Under the pieces are notes generated by a model, which made no database searches, was not told the origin of the DNA, and saw nothing but the letters and a program-made list of their open reading frames with translations. From positions 25,544,001 to 25,608,000 of the forward strand of contig NC_047028.1 of assembly GCF_902652985.1 (NCBI RefSeq): DNA of 64,000 bases, written 5' to 3'. Numbering within the stretch: the first letter of the stretch is position 1; the number at the start of each line of letters is the position of its first letter. The DNA comes from Pecten maximus. Taxonomy: Eukaryota. A program made the position numbers and the translations under genes. Of this stretch, positions 25,261-37,733 are shown piece by piece.

Positions 25261-26496
25261 GTTTCCTTTGAGAGCCTTAATATTAAATCAAGAACTGAAA
25301 ACAGTTTTGGTAGTCAAGTAGTGACAATGCGTTACCATGGTAACCGTAAGAATAGCGACTCGGTCGCGGGACGCTCATTTTCAGCATGATTAAGGGAATC
25401 GAAGGGAGACAGAGATTCTAATAGAAAGTTCCGTTGCAAGAACAGAATGTCATGGAAAACAATATGCCATTGGTCAAATAGCCGTCCTTTTTCACTTGTT
25501 ATACAGTATGATGCAGAGATATCGCTATCCGTTATGAGGAGCAGCACATGTATCCCGAGTTTAATATGATAAATCTAATGCAGAGACCAGTATCAACCAA
25601 TGCCGTCCAGGTAATTGATTTTCTGTAAGCTTCCCCATACAGGGCTATTATTGCTAAACCAAACCAAACTCAATTAACCCATATAAAATAGACCACACCC
25701 AGGGAATATCTCTAGATTTCTCTGAAAAACAAATTGATTTTCTTTTGACCGTTATTTAATTTTTATTTTGTTGGCTTTTACTTTCGGTTATTTCAAGTGA
25801 AATTAGATCATTGAACTCGGTAAACCATTTGACCGTACCTGAGAAAAATGAATGAAATTTCTACGTGTAAATTTACCATAAATTGTCTAATGGTCACATA
25901 TTCAATATAAGTTTTCCCCCCTGATGCCTCCATTGAAAATAACACTTTAAAACTCGATATGACTACTCCCGTTCATCGACTGTGTATTCCAATGTAAACA
26001 TTGATAACTTAGTTATTAAAAGACCCATTTTACGCGATATGAAAATCAGACGATCTTATTTAAACATACATTTACATCTTGTTGATTATTATACTTGAAA
26101 TATCACGCCGTAAAACATTATCCGGATATTTTTATATGGGTTTTGCGTTGCTTGGACGACATAACATATACACGAACAAACATATCTCCAATTTGGTGAC
26201 GAATGCCTCAATCCAAGATACCTACATCTGAAATATTACACCACATATTAGCATGGCCAATCTTTGTATCCTCATATTTCTTTTATCTGATTTGATTATT
26301 GATCTCTCGATTTCCTGCTTTTTGTCGGAGTTATACTCTAACAAAGCTGAAACTTGGAAACTATATTGTGCTACTTTTGTTTTAAGTTAAGAATGAAGAT
26401 ATGTATATTAAGATTGACGTATTATTCGTATAACATTTAACATTGATTCAGTTTGATTTTTAATTCCCTGACTGTCAGACTGGACTGCTATACTAT

Positions 26497-27174
26497 TGTA
26501 ACGGGAATGGATTTTGTGAGTTATGTACCTTTGTTTGAGAGTTGTGTCCCTTAGTAGAAGTATATATTTGTGTATGTATGATAGTATTTTGTTGGATTAT
26601 AGTTAATTTATTAATTGTGAGTGTGAATATATGTGTTCAGAATGTAGAATATATGTAGTATGATAGTATGTATATAGTTTGAGAATGTGTGCGGGTAACT
26701 ATGATTGTGTATTTTATATTGAAAACATTGTATGCTAATTTATGTGCACCATTGTGAATGGAAACGGATGCTAGTTTATATGTGTGAATGTAACGAGTAT
26801 ATGTGGGAAGTTGTATGAAGATATAGAAGCCATTGGCTGGTACTTCATTGTTGCAAGTTGGTAAGTTTACTTCCCTTCTATCCTTTCCTTTCTCTACTTT
26901 TCCTACACTTAACAGAAGCCATTGGCTGGTTACTCTATTTCAGTCTTTCTGTCTATGTATTGGGTAATAGCTGCCTCGTGTATGATAGTGTGGAAGATCG
27001 TTTTAATCTGTGATGATGTAAATAGTTATTGTTACTAGCTGTTTTATATTGCCAATGATAGTGTTGAATAAATGTAGGACTTATATCTAGTTGTTGTGTG
27101 GTTTATACATTCAAAGTACGGTACTATTAAGTATAATTAAGAACCTGGGTTGTAGGGGAATTTGAACCGTTACA
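26497..27174 (+). repeat. 5' LTR, 678 bp
   Basis: TG...CA termini; direct repeat of 28768-29444; AATAAA near 27068. Confidence 0.95.
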
Positions 27175-27242
27175 GAATTGGTGCCGTGAGCAACTTTTTA
27201 GTCATCCATACTTTGAATGCATATTTGTGTGTGATCATTACT

Positions 27243-28158
27243 ATGGAGGCATTGTTGAAGTCCTTTAGTATCAGTCCTACATTGTCTGTGGTATACAGTA
27301 CTGCTTCATCAGTTCAGTCGTGTAGTGTAGTGAACTCGACCAGTTGTTGTTTGTCCACTCCACCTATAGTTTGTCAGCCAGTTAGTTGTAAAGTCACGGT
27401 CAGCCCTAGTTGTAGCATTGCTAAGACTGAGTTTCATAAGACTAATGTTGATATGGGTATCCAGACAAAGAATCATTTTGTACATAGGAAGCATAAGGAG
27501 CCTTTGCCTTTTGATGGGTCGTTAGATATTGATGACTTCCTTGTGCATTTTGGTCAGGTCAGTGTCTGGAATAGTTGGAATACTAGGGAGATGGCTATAC
27601 AGTTAGCAGTTTCACTCGAGGGTAAAGCTAGACAGATACTCCATGGTCTAGACTCTCGTCAGCTGGAGGATTTTGACATTATTGTTGATTTGCTAAGGGC
27701 ACGATTTGAACCTGAAGGTCTTGAATGGACTTTTCGTTCATGTTTCAAGAACAGACGGTATCTAGAGTCTGAAAGTTTAGCAGAATATTGGGCCAGTCTA
27801 CAGATACTTGCTAAGAAGGCATTTCCAAAGTCTGTGAAGAGTGAGAGGGAAGTTTATGTTATCTCACAGTTCATAGCTGGTATACCCGATTTTGAGCTCA
27901 GGAAACATGTTTGTTTGAACAATCCCAAGACATTATCTGAGGCTGTCGTTCTGGGTTATCGTTATGAGTCTTTCTTGCAAATGTTTGGTGTTGAGTCACA
28001 GAATGATAGATTGACCACTCTTACTTTAGGAAATATCAAGGCCATTCTTGATAGGATTGGAACAAACGGTCAGGACAAGGTTCAAAGGTCATCGTCTTTG
28101 CTACTGTTGTCGTCGGAAAGGACATAGAGCTAGTGAATGTCCATATAAGGCTTTATGA
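27243..28158 (+). CDS. Retrotransposon Gag (capsid plus CCHC zinc knuckle; the knuckle is in the +1 frame)
   Basis: ATG at 27243, ORF to the stop at 28127, with the gypsy-type capsid signature FDGS..FLVHF..WN.W...LAVSLEGKA...RF...Y.ESESLAEY...L..LAKKAFP...QFIAGI...PKTLSEAV. CYCCRRKGHRASEC (CX2CX4HX4C) lies at 28099-28140 in the +1 frame, ending at TGA 28156-28158. Confidence 0.85.
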
Positions 28159-28767
28159 TTGGTGTAGTGGTTTTGAATATGTTTTGTTATATACGGAAGG
28201 TGAACAAATACATGTGTATACAACATATCCTCCTGTGTTTTATGGTAGAATTTTAAGTGGTCGAGGTGTAAAGGTTTCTTGCTGAATTCTGGTTACCAGG
28301 TAACTGTGTTTGCTGATATCTGTGTGGTTATTGCAAAATTTTGGCCATGTCTGTGCCTGGTGTATTCTTTGTGAGTACTGGCTGTGTTCTTAGTGGACAC
28401 GAGTTCTATGTGAGCTGGACACTGCATGGGCTGTAGTTGAATGGCGAAGATACCTGTACCAGTCTGACGGATCAGAGACGGGAGTTACGGGGAAGCAAGT
28501 ACCACGTATGGAAGGAGGCCTTGGATCGTCGACCGCGCTTCATGGACGAGTCGCGTTCGCGGAATGTGTGTCGCGGGACTTCGCGATTCGCGTGAGGATC
28601 TGTGGACCTCTCCTGGGATATTTGGGACATTTACTGTGATATGTATAATTGTGCTGTGATATAATTGTTTTTAATATTTAACATATTTGTTATTTTTCCA
28701 GTGTGTTTTGAGACAAAATGTTATTATTAGAAAATAACATTTGTCTATTTTTCAGAGGAGGGAGGAA

Positions 28768-29444
28768 TGTAACGGGAATGGATTTTGTGAGTTATGTACC
28801 TTTGTTTGAGAGTTGTGTCCCTTAGTAGAAGTATATATTTGTGTATGTATGATAGCATTTTGTTGGATTATAGTTGATTTATTAATTGTGAGTGTGAATA
28901 TATGTGTTCAGAATGTAGAATATATGTAGTATGAGAGTATGTATATAGTTTGAGAATGTGTGCGGGTAACTATGATTGTGTATTTTATATTGAAAACATT
29001 GTATGCTAATTTATGTGCACCATTGTGAATGGAAACGGATGCTAGTTTATATGTGTGAATGTAACGAGTATATGTGGGAAGTTGTATGAAGATATAGAAG
29101 CCATTGGCTGGTACTTCATTGTTGCAAGTTGGTAGTTTTCTTCCCTTCTATTCTTTCCTTTCTCTACTTTTCCTACACTTAACAGAAGCCATTGGCTGGT
29201 TACTCTATTTCAGTCTTTCTGTCTATGTTTTGGGTAATAGCTGCTTCGTGTATGATAGTGTGGAAGATCGTTTTATTCTGTGATGATGTAAATAGTTATT
29301 GTTACTAGTTGTTTTATATTGCCAATGATAGTGTTGAATAAATGTAGGACTTATATCTAGTTGTTGTGTGGTTTATACATTCAAAGTACGGTACTATTAA
29401 ATATAATTAAGAACCTGGGTTATAGCGGAATTCGAACTGTTACA
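28768..29444 (+). repeat. 3' LTR, 677 bp
   Basis: Preceded by the PPT and followed by the TSD CTAT. Confidence 0.95.
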
Positions 29445-31661
29445 CTATAGATCCCTAACATCACTGACGGGTTCTAGGTGCAAAATGGTGTAGTTTTATA
29501 TATGCATAAATTGGCATGATAGCAAAGTCTTATTTCTATGAGGAAGCAATTCTAGTTTGCGATTCATTTATCATGACTTTTCCTTCTCTCTTGTTATCCT
29601 CCATCTGGCAACGCCTACCATTCCACTGTTGACGGGAGCACTTGTGTGTGCCATGTATCATTTCGGGGTGATGAGGTAGTCGACCAAAGGGAGGAAGCGA
29701 TACTGAAATTACTTGCACTTCCATGAAATCAACACTAATTTGTTGAGTTATGGAGCGTAAAGGGAACTTCAAGCAAGCCAAGGATTAAGTAAATATGTAT
29801 TTTTTTAAAGCAATAATAATAGTTTTGTACTTGTATAGCAATTCTTTTATTTGGTAATGTTGCAATTTCAAATACTTAATATATTCATCAATATTTAGGC
29901 CTTGCGTATGGTGAAACTAAACTAACACTTTATCACCATTAAATGTATAATAGCATGTTGAAAGCAAAGGAAACACATTTCTCAAAGTATACTTATTACA
30001 ACTGCTAAAAATCTTTTTGGATGAAAAAAAAATATTCCCAGAATAAAATTATCATTGGGAATCAATTTTCTAGGACGAAACTATCCCAAACTTTACAAAA
30101 ACAAACAATAAAAAAGCACACCAACTTATTCTAGTACTGACATAATCCCCGCGGTAACAACGTATCCTCAACTTGGGAAAGAAAAACGTATTTCCGGGAC
30201 TGTGATTTAAGAACCAGTACTAAAATATCACTGGCCAACAAAACATATTTTTGTTATCCTTTTTTCCCATTTCTCCGTTATAGCCATAAAAACAACCAAC
30301 GGATTTCTATATTATATGAAATATATGGAAATGGGATCATCCAATTATTTTGTAGATTTAAAAATATGTTAATGGAATGTGAAGTACGACGACGCAGGAA
30401 AGGAAGGATTGTTTCTACGTGTCATCGTACATGTCTCGAGACTAACCGAAGTGCAAGTCACGTGAATCTCCCCGTGATCTAGGAACAGCTGTCCAGGTCT
30501 GGAAAGAGTGAAAGGGACTGCTTAATATCATATAATAGTGAAACCATTAGACTCCTATAGGAATCGTGCGCTAAAGATAACCATTTAATTAAAACAAACA
30601 TATCATATCATAGTAAAACCATTAGACTCCTATAGGAGACGTGCGCTAAAGATAAACACTTACTTAAAATACCAAACAATCATATTTGCAATAACAGTTG
30701 TTTTAGGTACATGACGATTGTGGCGTATTTTCGAAATTTTTGACCATAAATAACTGCCTGTTATACGATGCTACAAGGTAACCATATGCATCAACTAGTT
30801 ATTTTTTTCGATACAAATACATAAAAATACATAAAAAATAAACTCAAAATAGCTTTTTTTCATATTAGGTCAAACAACCTCTGACAAGTGATCGAATGTT
30901 CTTGTGGTTTGCATTGTACGAATCAGAACAATGGGTTGACAGCTTAGTTTTACGACCTTCTTATGTTCAACATACGTATCCCTTATGGAATAGTAATGTA
31001 TGTAGATATTGCATTTATTGTCTTCAACTATTTAAAGTATGCTGGAAGCCATGTAGAGAGCTTATATAGACAAAGCCTGTTGTTAAATCCCTTTGTTTTA
31101 TCAATAAAATATACATGAAAAAATGGAATTCATGTGTTAATTCCGAATCGAAGACTGGTTTATTTTAAATATCTTACATCATGTGTATATTGTCCATTAC
31201 AAAATTGTTTCATAAAACCAACCGTCCTCTTTACAACGGTGCGTCAGTGGTATCAAAAACCGCAATCATGATGTTAGCAAATACCAATTATATTCAAATG
31301 TGTTGAAAGTATTGATTTTGTAACGTTGACGAAATCAGTCGTTCCAAAGTCTTGAGGATTTATATTGAAACCGTGTATTAAAACGACTAACTAAGATACT
31401 CTAATGTGATAAAGCTACCATTCTGACTTTTAGGTAAACAGCGCAGCTGAGTTAGAAAAACAAGCAAGGGAATACACATTTAAAAAAAATTAGGATCATT
31501 AACCCAAATTCAATTAAACGAGACAAATTTTTAATCAATAAAATCCTCTCCTGATTTGTTGTCATAATAATGCTTTCTGGGCCTTTTAAACTTTTTTTCT
31601 TTGGAGAACAAATACGAAACGAGTGGGACTATGTAATGGCAATACGAAAAAGAGGTATGCT

Positions 31662-32069
31662 TCAATGTACCACTTTAACTCCAGAAGAGACGTGGGATAT
31701 TTCAGATGGAAAACAAGAGTCGTTATACGTACCGCGTTTCCCGCCGATTTCTATCCTGTTGAAGTAAAATATAAAGTCTGAAATATTTTTGTTGTTTATT
31801 GCACAGAGCTGGTCACTGTAGCTGGTACATATGCCTGTTTGTTTGTTGTAGGAGAACGAGGAGCACCCCCGACACAACTTGGCACATTGGAGGGATGACT
31901 TTATCCCCGACACGCTTGATAATATTCCATCACGGTAAAGACTCTCGGTGACCCTGTCTTGGGACGAGAAGAGCGACGTTATCACACCTGGCGGATCGAA
32001 ACACGTCGTTCGAGGTAAACACATAAATACTTCGATAACAATAACCACCACCAGTTCAAATCGTCTCAT
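31662..32069 (-). CDS. Secreted PAN/Apple-domain protein (first coding exon, or a short single-exon ORF)
   Basis: ATG 32069 gives a hydrophobic leader MRRFELVVVIVIEVFMCL, followed by the PAN motif SSLQCAKLCRGCSSFSYNKQTGICTSYS. A possible donor G|GTACGT lies at 31733/31732. Downstream exons were not resolved. Confidence 0.6.
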   Translation of the reverse strand: MRRFELVVVIVIEVFMCLPRTTCFDPPGVITSLFSSQDRVTESLYRDGILSSVSGIKSSLQCAKLCRGCSSFSYNKQTGICTSYSDQLCAINNKNISDFIFYFNRIEIGGKRGTYNDSCFPSEISHVSSGVKVVH

Positions 32070-33133
32070 TCTGACGTTGCACACAATCACGAACTTTGAC
32101 TTTGTTATTTTACCGTGAGTGAAACATGAAAATATGACTAACAACTCTACCAAAGTATTTTCATGTCCATGAAACATAAAAAGATGACTGTCAACTCTAC
32201 CAAAGTATTTCTATGTCCATTACAGAGAAGAAATTGACAAAGTAGCGATAGAGTTTATTTTTGAGAATGCAAAAATACCGGAAATAATGCAAATTCTACA
32301 CATGCGCAAATATAGAGTTGATCTTGCGAAAACTTTCTATAACTGAATCTATCCAATACTTGTCCCGTTTGCCAATATATTCCTAAGCCTTTGATGAAAT
32401 TCTCATTACACATGAAGTTACGAAAGGCTTCATTTATTCGCAACCCTTCAAAGCTCACTTGAAGTTATCGTTGCTACTAAAATCGAGTTATATAGCGATA
32501 CCTAATCACACATAAAAACGACAATTATAACGGTAACAAAGTGTATGGTACTGGACTTATTAGCCGATGATTTATGGCAGTTTTATATCCTTGATTGTAA
32601 AATGATTTCAAACAAGCATTCACCTTAATGGGGCCAGGCTGCTTCAAGTACAAGTCGTCTGTGAAGCAAAATCTATATTCTGCAGAGGTCAGAAATCGCC
32701 CCGTTGATATCTTAGATCGATTTTAGTTAACCAGTTGGTATCATTTCGTGCCTCTGATGATGTCTACCGATTTTAAGTACTTGCAAAATGGCGGTGCTCA
32801 ATTTAATGTCTTTTTGGGCGATTTAACAATTAGTAATCATTTGATTGATTGGAAGATTTAGATTTAGTGCAGACTATTTGCATTTTAATGGATTGACGAG
32901 AAGGATCAAACGAAAAAGTGCACGAAAAATATTAAAAAAAATTCAATACGAATTAACTATTTTTACATCTTTGTTATCAAACCCGCCTTAAACATGAAAG
33001 TGTTTTAAATTCAGTTCCATTCTCTCACGAATATTGTAAAGGATGTTTTTGATTGGTTCTATTTCCCTTTCTTTTTCATACCCCCCCCCCCCCCCCCCCC
33101 CGAAAAAAATGTAAAAAGTTAAATTAAAACAAT

Positions 33134-33164
<31 letters not shown>

Positions 33165-33873
33165 TTATAGTCAGTTTCTAAAGAATCACCTCCTTAACCA
33201 CCAATATATCCTTATTATCATGTTATATTGTTTATCGGAAATCTATAACTTCGTGTGGGCGGCTCAGTGATGTTTTCATTGTATTATCGGCCGATGTATT
33301 CTATTTTACAGCATTTATTTGATGGTGTTTATAGAGCAAACAATACAATATGTTACGGAAATCCGCCTTTCAACACATTTGGGTATTTGATTATGTCGGT
33401 TCAAAAAGGCCCTGATTTCTATAATAACCATACAAATATAGAAAAATAGGTAAGGGCGAATTGGTGACTTAGATTCTGGACAAACATGAAAGACATTTTT
33501 TTTTTCAAATTACAACTCTAAAAATATTCGACTCCTTCGAAAGGAGTAGGAAGGCTGAAACAATCTGAATTCACCACAGGATATCAAAACTAAAATAATG
33601 TTAATGATACGCGGTTGTTGAAACAAGTAAAAATATCTGAAATTCACACCTCTGAAACATACCCCATCATTCTGATTTAATATGCCTTCAAATAAAAACC
33701 GTTGCGACGTTTGTATCAGATCAATTTAGGATATACCAGTCCAACGTTTCGAAAGAGCAAGGCATTGATACCATCAAATAATAATGACTTCTGAATTATT
33801 TTGTCAAAATATAGAAAACAATATGAACGCAACCAAGAAAAAATCAAACTCCCGACTAATATCGCTTTAAAAC

Positions 33874-34027
33874 ACTTACTTACTTACCCATCTATTGTAA
33901 AGTCATAGCTCCTGTGTATATTTGTCATTGAAACTTACTGACTGACTGACTGACGAATTTGTTACCAACTGTCTGACTGACTTACATGTACTGACTTACT
34001 TACTTACTTATTACTTACTAATTACTT

Positions 34028-34062
<35 letters not shown>

Positions 34063-34311
34063 TACTTACTTATCACTTACTGACTGACTGACTTACTTAT
34101 CACTTACTAATGACTGACTGACTTACTTACTTACTTACTTATCACTTACTGACTGACTGACTGACTGACTGACTTACTTATCACTTACTAATGACTGACT
34201 GACTTATTACTGACTGTCTGACTGACTTATTACTTACTAATCACTTACTGACTGACTGACTGACTGACTTATTACTGACTGTCTGACTGACTTATTACTT
34301 ACTAATCACTT

Positions 34312-34366
<55 letters not shown>

Positions 34367-34371
34367 TACTT

Positions 34372-34418
<47 letters not shown>

Positions 34419-34462
34419 TATTACTGACTGTCTGACTGACTTATTGCTTACTTGCTTACAGA
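33874..34462. repeat. Compound (ACTG)n/(ACTT)n tetranucleotide microsatellite
   Basis: About 590 bp of alternating actg and actt runs with recurring ttatcactt interruptions. Confidence 0.95.
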
Positions 34463-35283
34463 CTTTCTACTTTATTGGAAACAATAAAGGATTGAATCTT
34501 GATTTGGTCGATTTCATGGGGTCATGAATTGAGTTGCTCTTGAGACAAATATTATTTTTTTTTATAATTAAAAAGTCGGTTAGAAGCATGTGCAAGTCCA
34601 AATGCGGAAAAAACCGAGGAGTTCCGGATTGTGCATGTCTAGTCGGTCGAGTAAAATAGTCCGCAAATTAAAGATTAAAAACAGCATTATTTTGTCAAAA
34701 TAAAAGTATTTCGCATATCTGGTCTTTCATAAAATATAAGAATACATTAAAAATCGGATTATTTACTCCATGTTTATAACATCAATGTAGAAAAAGTGAA
34801 ATCGTTCCGCGGAAGGATTTTAACCATGTATTCATACGCACTGCTCAGTGTTAATCTGGTCAAATTCATGAGCAAATGAAACAGATTAAGTTTGGTAGTT
34901 TCATTGAGTCCAACTTGAGTAGAAATGGAAATATACTAAGGATGAGTCTGCAGAATGAAAGGTGTTACAAAAACGAGCAAATGTGATGAAATGAAAACAA
35001 ACGAGTGAAGGCAGTAAAAGAGACCTCCCGTAAGAGGCTTCCCTAGGCTATGGCTCACCAACAGTTTTATGTAAGTAAGTGTCAGGCACTTTTCTCTCTC
35101 CGGTCTGATGGTCAGTTCAAAATCAACGAACCATAGCGATTCCTTTACGATGAACATTTAACATTGAAGTATGTAAAGTGTTGTGGTCCTTAGGAACGAC
35201 ATGTCCTACAGAAATTATGATAAAATATTACCTGTACTATCGATGTCTTCCTTTATTGGGTTCCTGCATGTTCTAACGTAAAG

Positions 35284-35432
35284 TTTGGTTTCGTTTGTTT
35301 AACGTCCAATTAACAGCAAGGGTCAAGGACGTGCCAGGTTTTGGAGGTGGAAGAAAGCTGGTGTACCCGAAGAAAAACAACGGCCAGCGGTCAGTACCAG
35401 GCAACTGCCCCAAATCGGTTTCGAACTCGCTA
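35284..35432 (-). mobile_element. SINE copy, same family as 18218-18400, with most of the tRNA-like head missing
   Basis: tttgtttaacgtccaattaacagcaagggtcaaggacgtgccaggttttggaggtggaagaaagctggtgtacccg... matches the copy at 18.2 kb. Confidence 0.7.
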
Positions 35433-37475
35433 CTCATAAGCGGAGGGATATTTTCCGGGGATAAAAGGGTATGTTTCCAAGAACTGATTACGCTTTCACC
35501 GACCAGGTAAATTATTACGCATTGGTAAGGGAAATAACTCGAAATCTTCATATTTCGCATGTGTTACTTTTAAAGAGCTTCGCTCGAGTGCCTTTGGGGC
35601 CTGAAAGATATGCTCTTGTGATTGTTCTCTGCGTCTATTGTAAAGTTCCATATAATTCCATTAGACGATATAAAGTGCCTTGTGTATATACATTCCTACA
35701 TATGTTACGACAAAACATACATGTAGTGAGTGTCCCTAGATATCTCTAGTTTGCCATTTGTCAATCAAATACACATTACAATTTGATGGAAGACTTGACG
35801 TGACTGTCGAATACACCCTGCTGCACAAACGTTACTGGTTTCTCGGTCAATGTATCATCTGGTATTAAAGGACTGTAGATATCAATATCTGCCTATCTGG
35901 TATTAAAGGACTGTAGATCTACTAAAACGCGATTTTGAACACAAGCTCTAAAAGGTAGGTTTAATACACAGTTGTCTGATGTTTATAACAAATATATCAA
36001 TAATTTATCACGTTTGTTGTTTCTACATCTAATTTGATTTTGACTGTTAAATCAATGTTACTATTTCTATTTGTTTTGATTAGGTATATTGCTATATAGT
36101 GTGTGTGATTTAATGTTTATTTTTATGCAGGTAGTATATATGCTGTCGGCATATTTTATTAGAAACAACTACTAGATGTTTGTGATGAGTTCGTTAATTC
36201 CATCAATTGACGTCTACAACTGGTGTCTCCCTCTAGCGAAAGAAATTGGAATTAAGGTTCTGAACTTTTGAGTGATTTCGATTTTCTGTATCATCTAAAA
36301 TTGCCAGGACTGACTTATACAGCGTAATTTGCTGGTACGTTATCGAAGTTGATATATAGATTACATGGACTCAACCATACTATCTTTTGTTCTTAACGAT
36401 ATCAAGGTAGATATCGGTGACTAAACTGGTATCATTTCAATCTTAAGACAAGACAGGAACAATATCTGGTGACAGGGTAATATCAACTGTGATAAAAGGT
36501 ATCTTATGCTATGCTGATTAAAATGGTTTTGATGAATAAGGAAAATGTAAATGTATGTCTTCTTTATAATTGTATTAACCTTGAAACGTTGTATAATGAT
36601 TCATTTCTAATTCTTTGTCTACGATATTGATCGATATCATTGAAGTTTAATGCACAACATGCCTCTATAAAAAAAATTGAAAAAAATCCCCAAAATAAAA
36701 AAGAACTACGTTATATTCAGGAAAACAAGCCAACGTTTTTTGTTTCAGGTCATGGCCTCGATATGAACATGAAGAAGTATCTTATATTTTATGCTGTCTT
36801 GTTAGTGGGCGTGGCTTATTATGTATATTACCCTTTCCCACCTGACGCCGACGAACCGTGGAAACAGATGATGTCTATGGTCATGATACGAATGATCAAT
36901 CATGTGGTAAATTTCAGGAGCCAAATCAATAGTTAAATATGATTAAAGCGTAAACTAGTATCAGCACAATCTTCATTGCAATACTATAAATGTATATGAC
37001 AAACGTTGAAAGATTTGAAGTAATTTGGTTATCCGGAAGGCGTGTTGCAGGATGGAATCTTGCAGCTTTTTAAAATTGATATCTTAAGATCTTAATAGTC
37101 AAATCTAGGAAGAAAACAGAAGTACTTCCTAAAAGACCACTTGGGCACTTTGTTTCTCTAAATCAAGTAGAAAAAATAATCAAATTGTATTCTTTTGCCA
37201 TGCAGTGTATCTTTGAAGAAAACATTGGCTGTTCATCCGAAATACAATGTAGAAAACGATTTTCCCGATTTCTGACGAAATCCCGCGAGGAGCTCAGTGA
37301 CGAAAATCTAGAGGTGAGAACGAAAATTATTAAATAATATCACACATGAGGCAAATAGGCTAGATGAGGACCGAGGGATCGATCAAAGATGGGACGATAT
37401 TCTGTTCTTTCTCTTAAGGGCAACTTCAAGCTCATAATAGCATGCGATTCATATTAATTAATATCATAAAGGCAT

Positions 37476-37733
37476 ACTGTAAATCACTTTGATTTCCCGA
37501 AGACTTTATTAGCGAGCTTACGTTTTCGGACATATTCGAGAATACATGATACAGAAATTAATTTGAATTCGTCAATGATGATCTTTTAGGGTCAAGTTCC
37601 TATATCTGTAACTGACAGCTTGGTCTCAATCCAACGTAATAAGGTACAAATCGCGGCAGGTTCGAATTAGCTTTTGATTGTCCTTGTGTATTTACGCAAA
37701 AATAATCTTACGTAATATAAGTGATTAACATTA
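37476..37733 (+). mobile_element. MITE family copy in intron 2 of lipase A
   Basis: Begins tactgtaaatcactttgattt...; homologous to 44663-44958 and, inverted, to 51380-51629. Confidence 0.55.

Larger units (their letters stand above)
26497..29444 (+). mobile_element. Non-autonomous, gag-only LTR retrotransposon (Ty3/gypsy-type Gag)
   Basis: LTRs at 26497-27174 and 28768-29444 (TGTAAC...GTTACA, about 15 differences). 4-bp TSD CTAT at 26493-26496 and 29445-29448. PBS TGGTGCCGTGA at 27179-27189, complementary to the tRNA-His 3' end. PPT agaggagggaggaa at 28754-28767. The internal region is only 1593 bp. Confidence 0.95.

Noticed and set aside
27162-28127. Domesticated Arc/PNMA-like host gene
   Set aside because: The ORF is enclosed by near-identical LTRs, PBS, PPT and TSD, so it is a recent TE copy. 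The track start at 27162 is a non-ATG codon inside the LTR.
30530-30665. Short two-copy tandem duplications (also at about 7941-7990, 32125-32220 and 35857-35919)
   Set aside because: Ordinary slippage-type duplications with no further structure.
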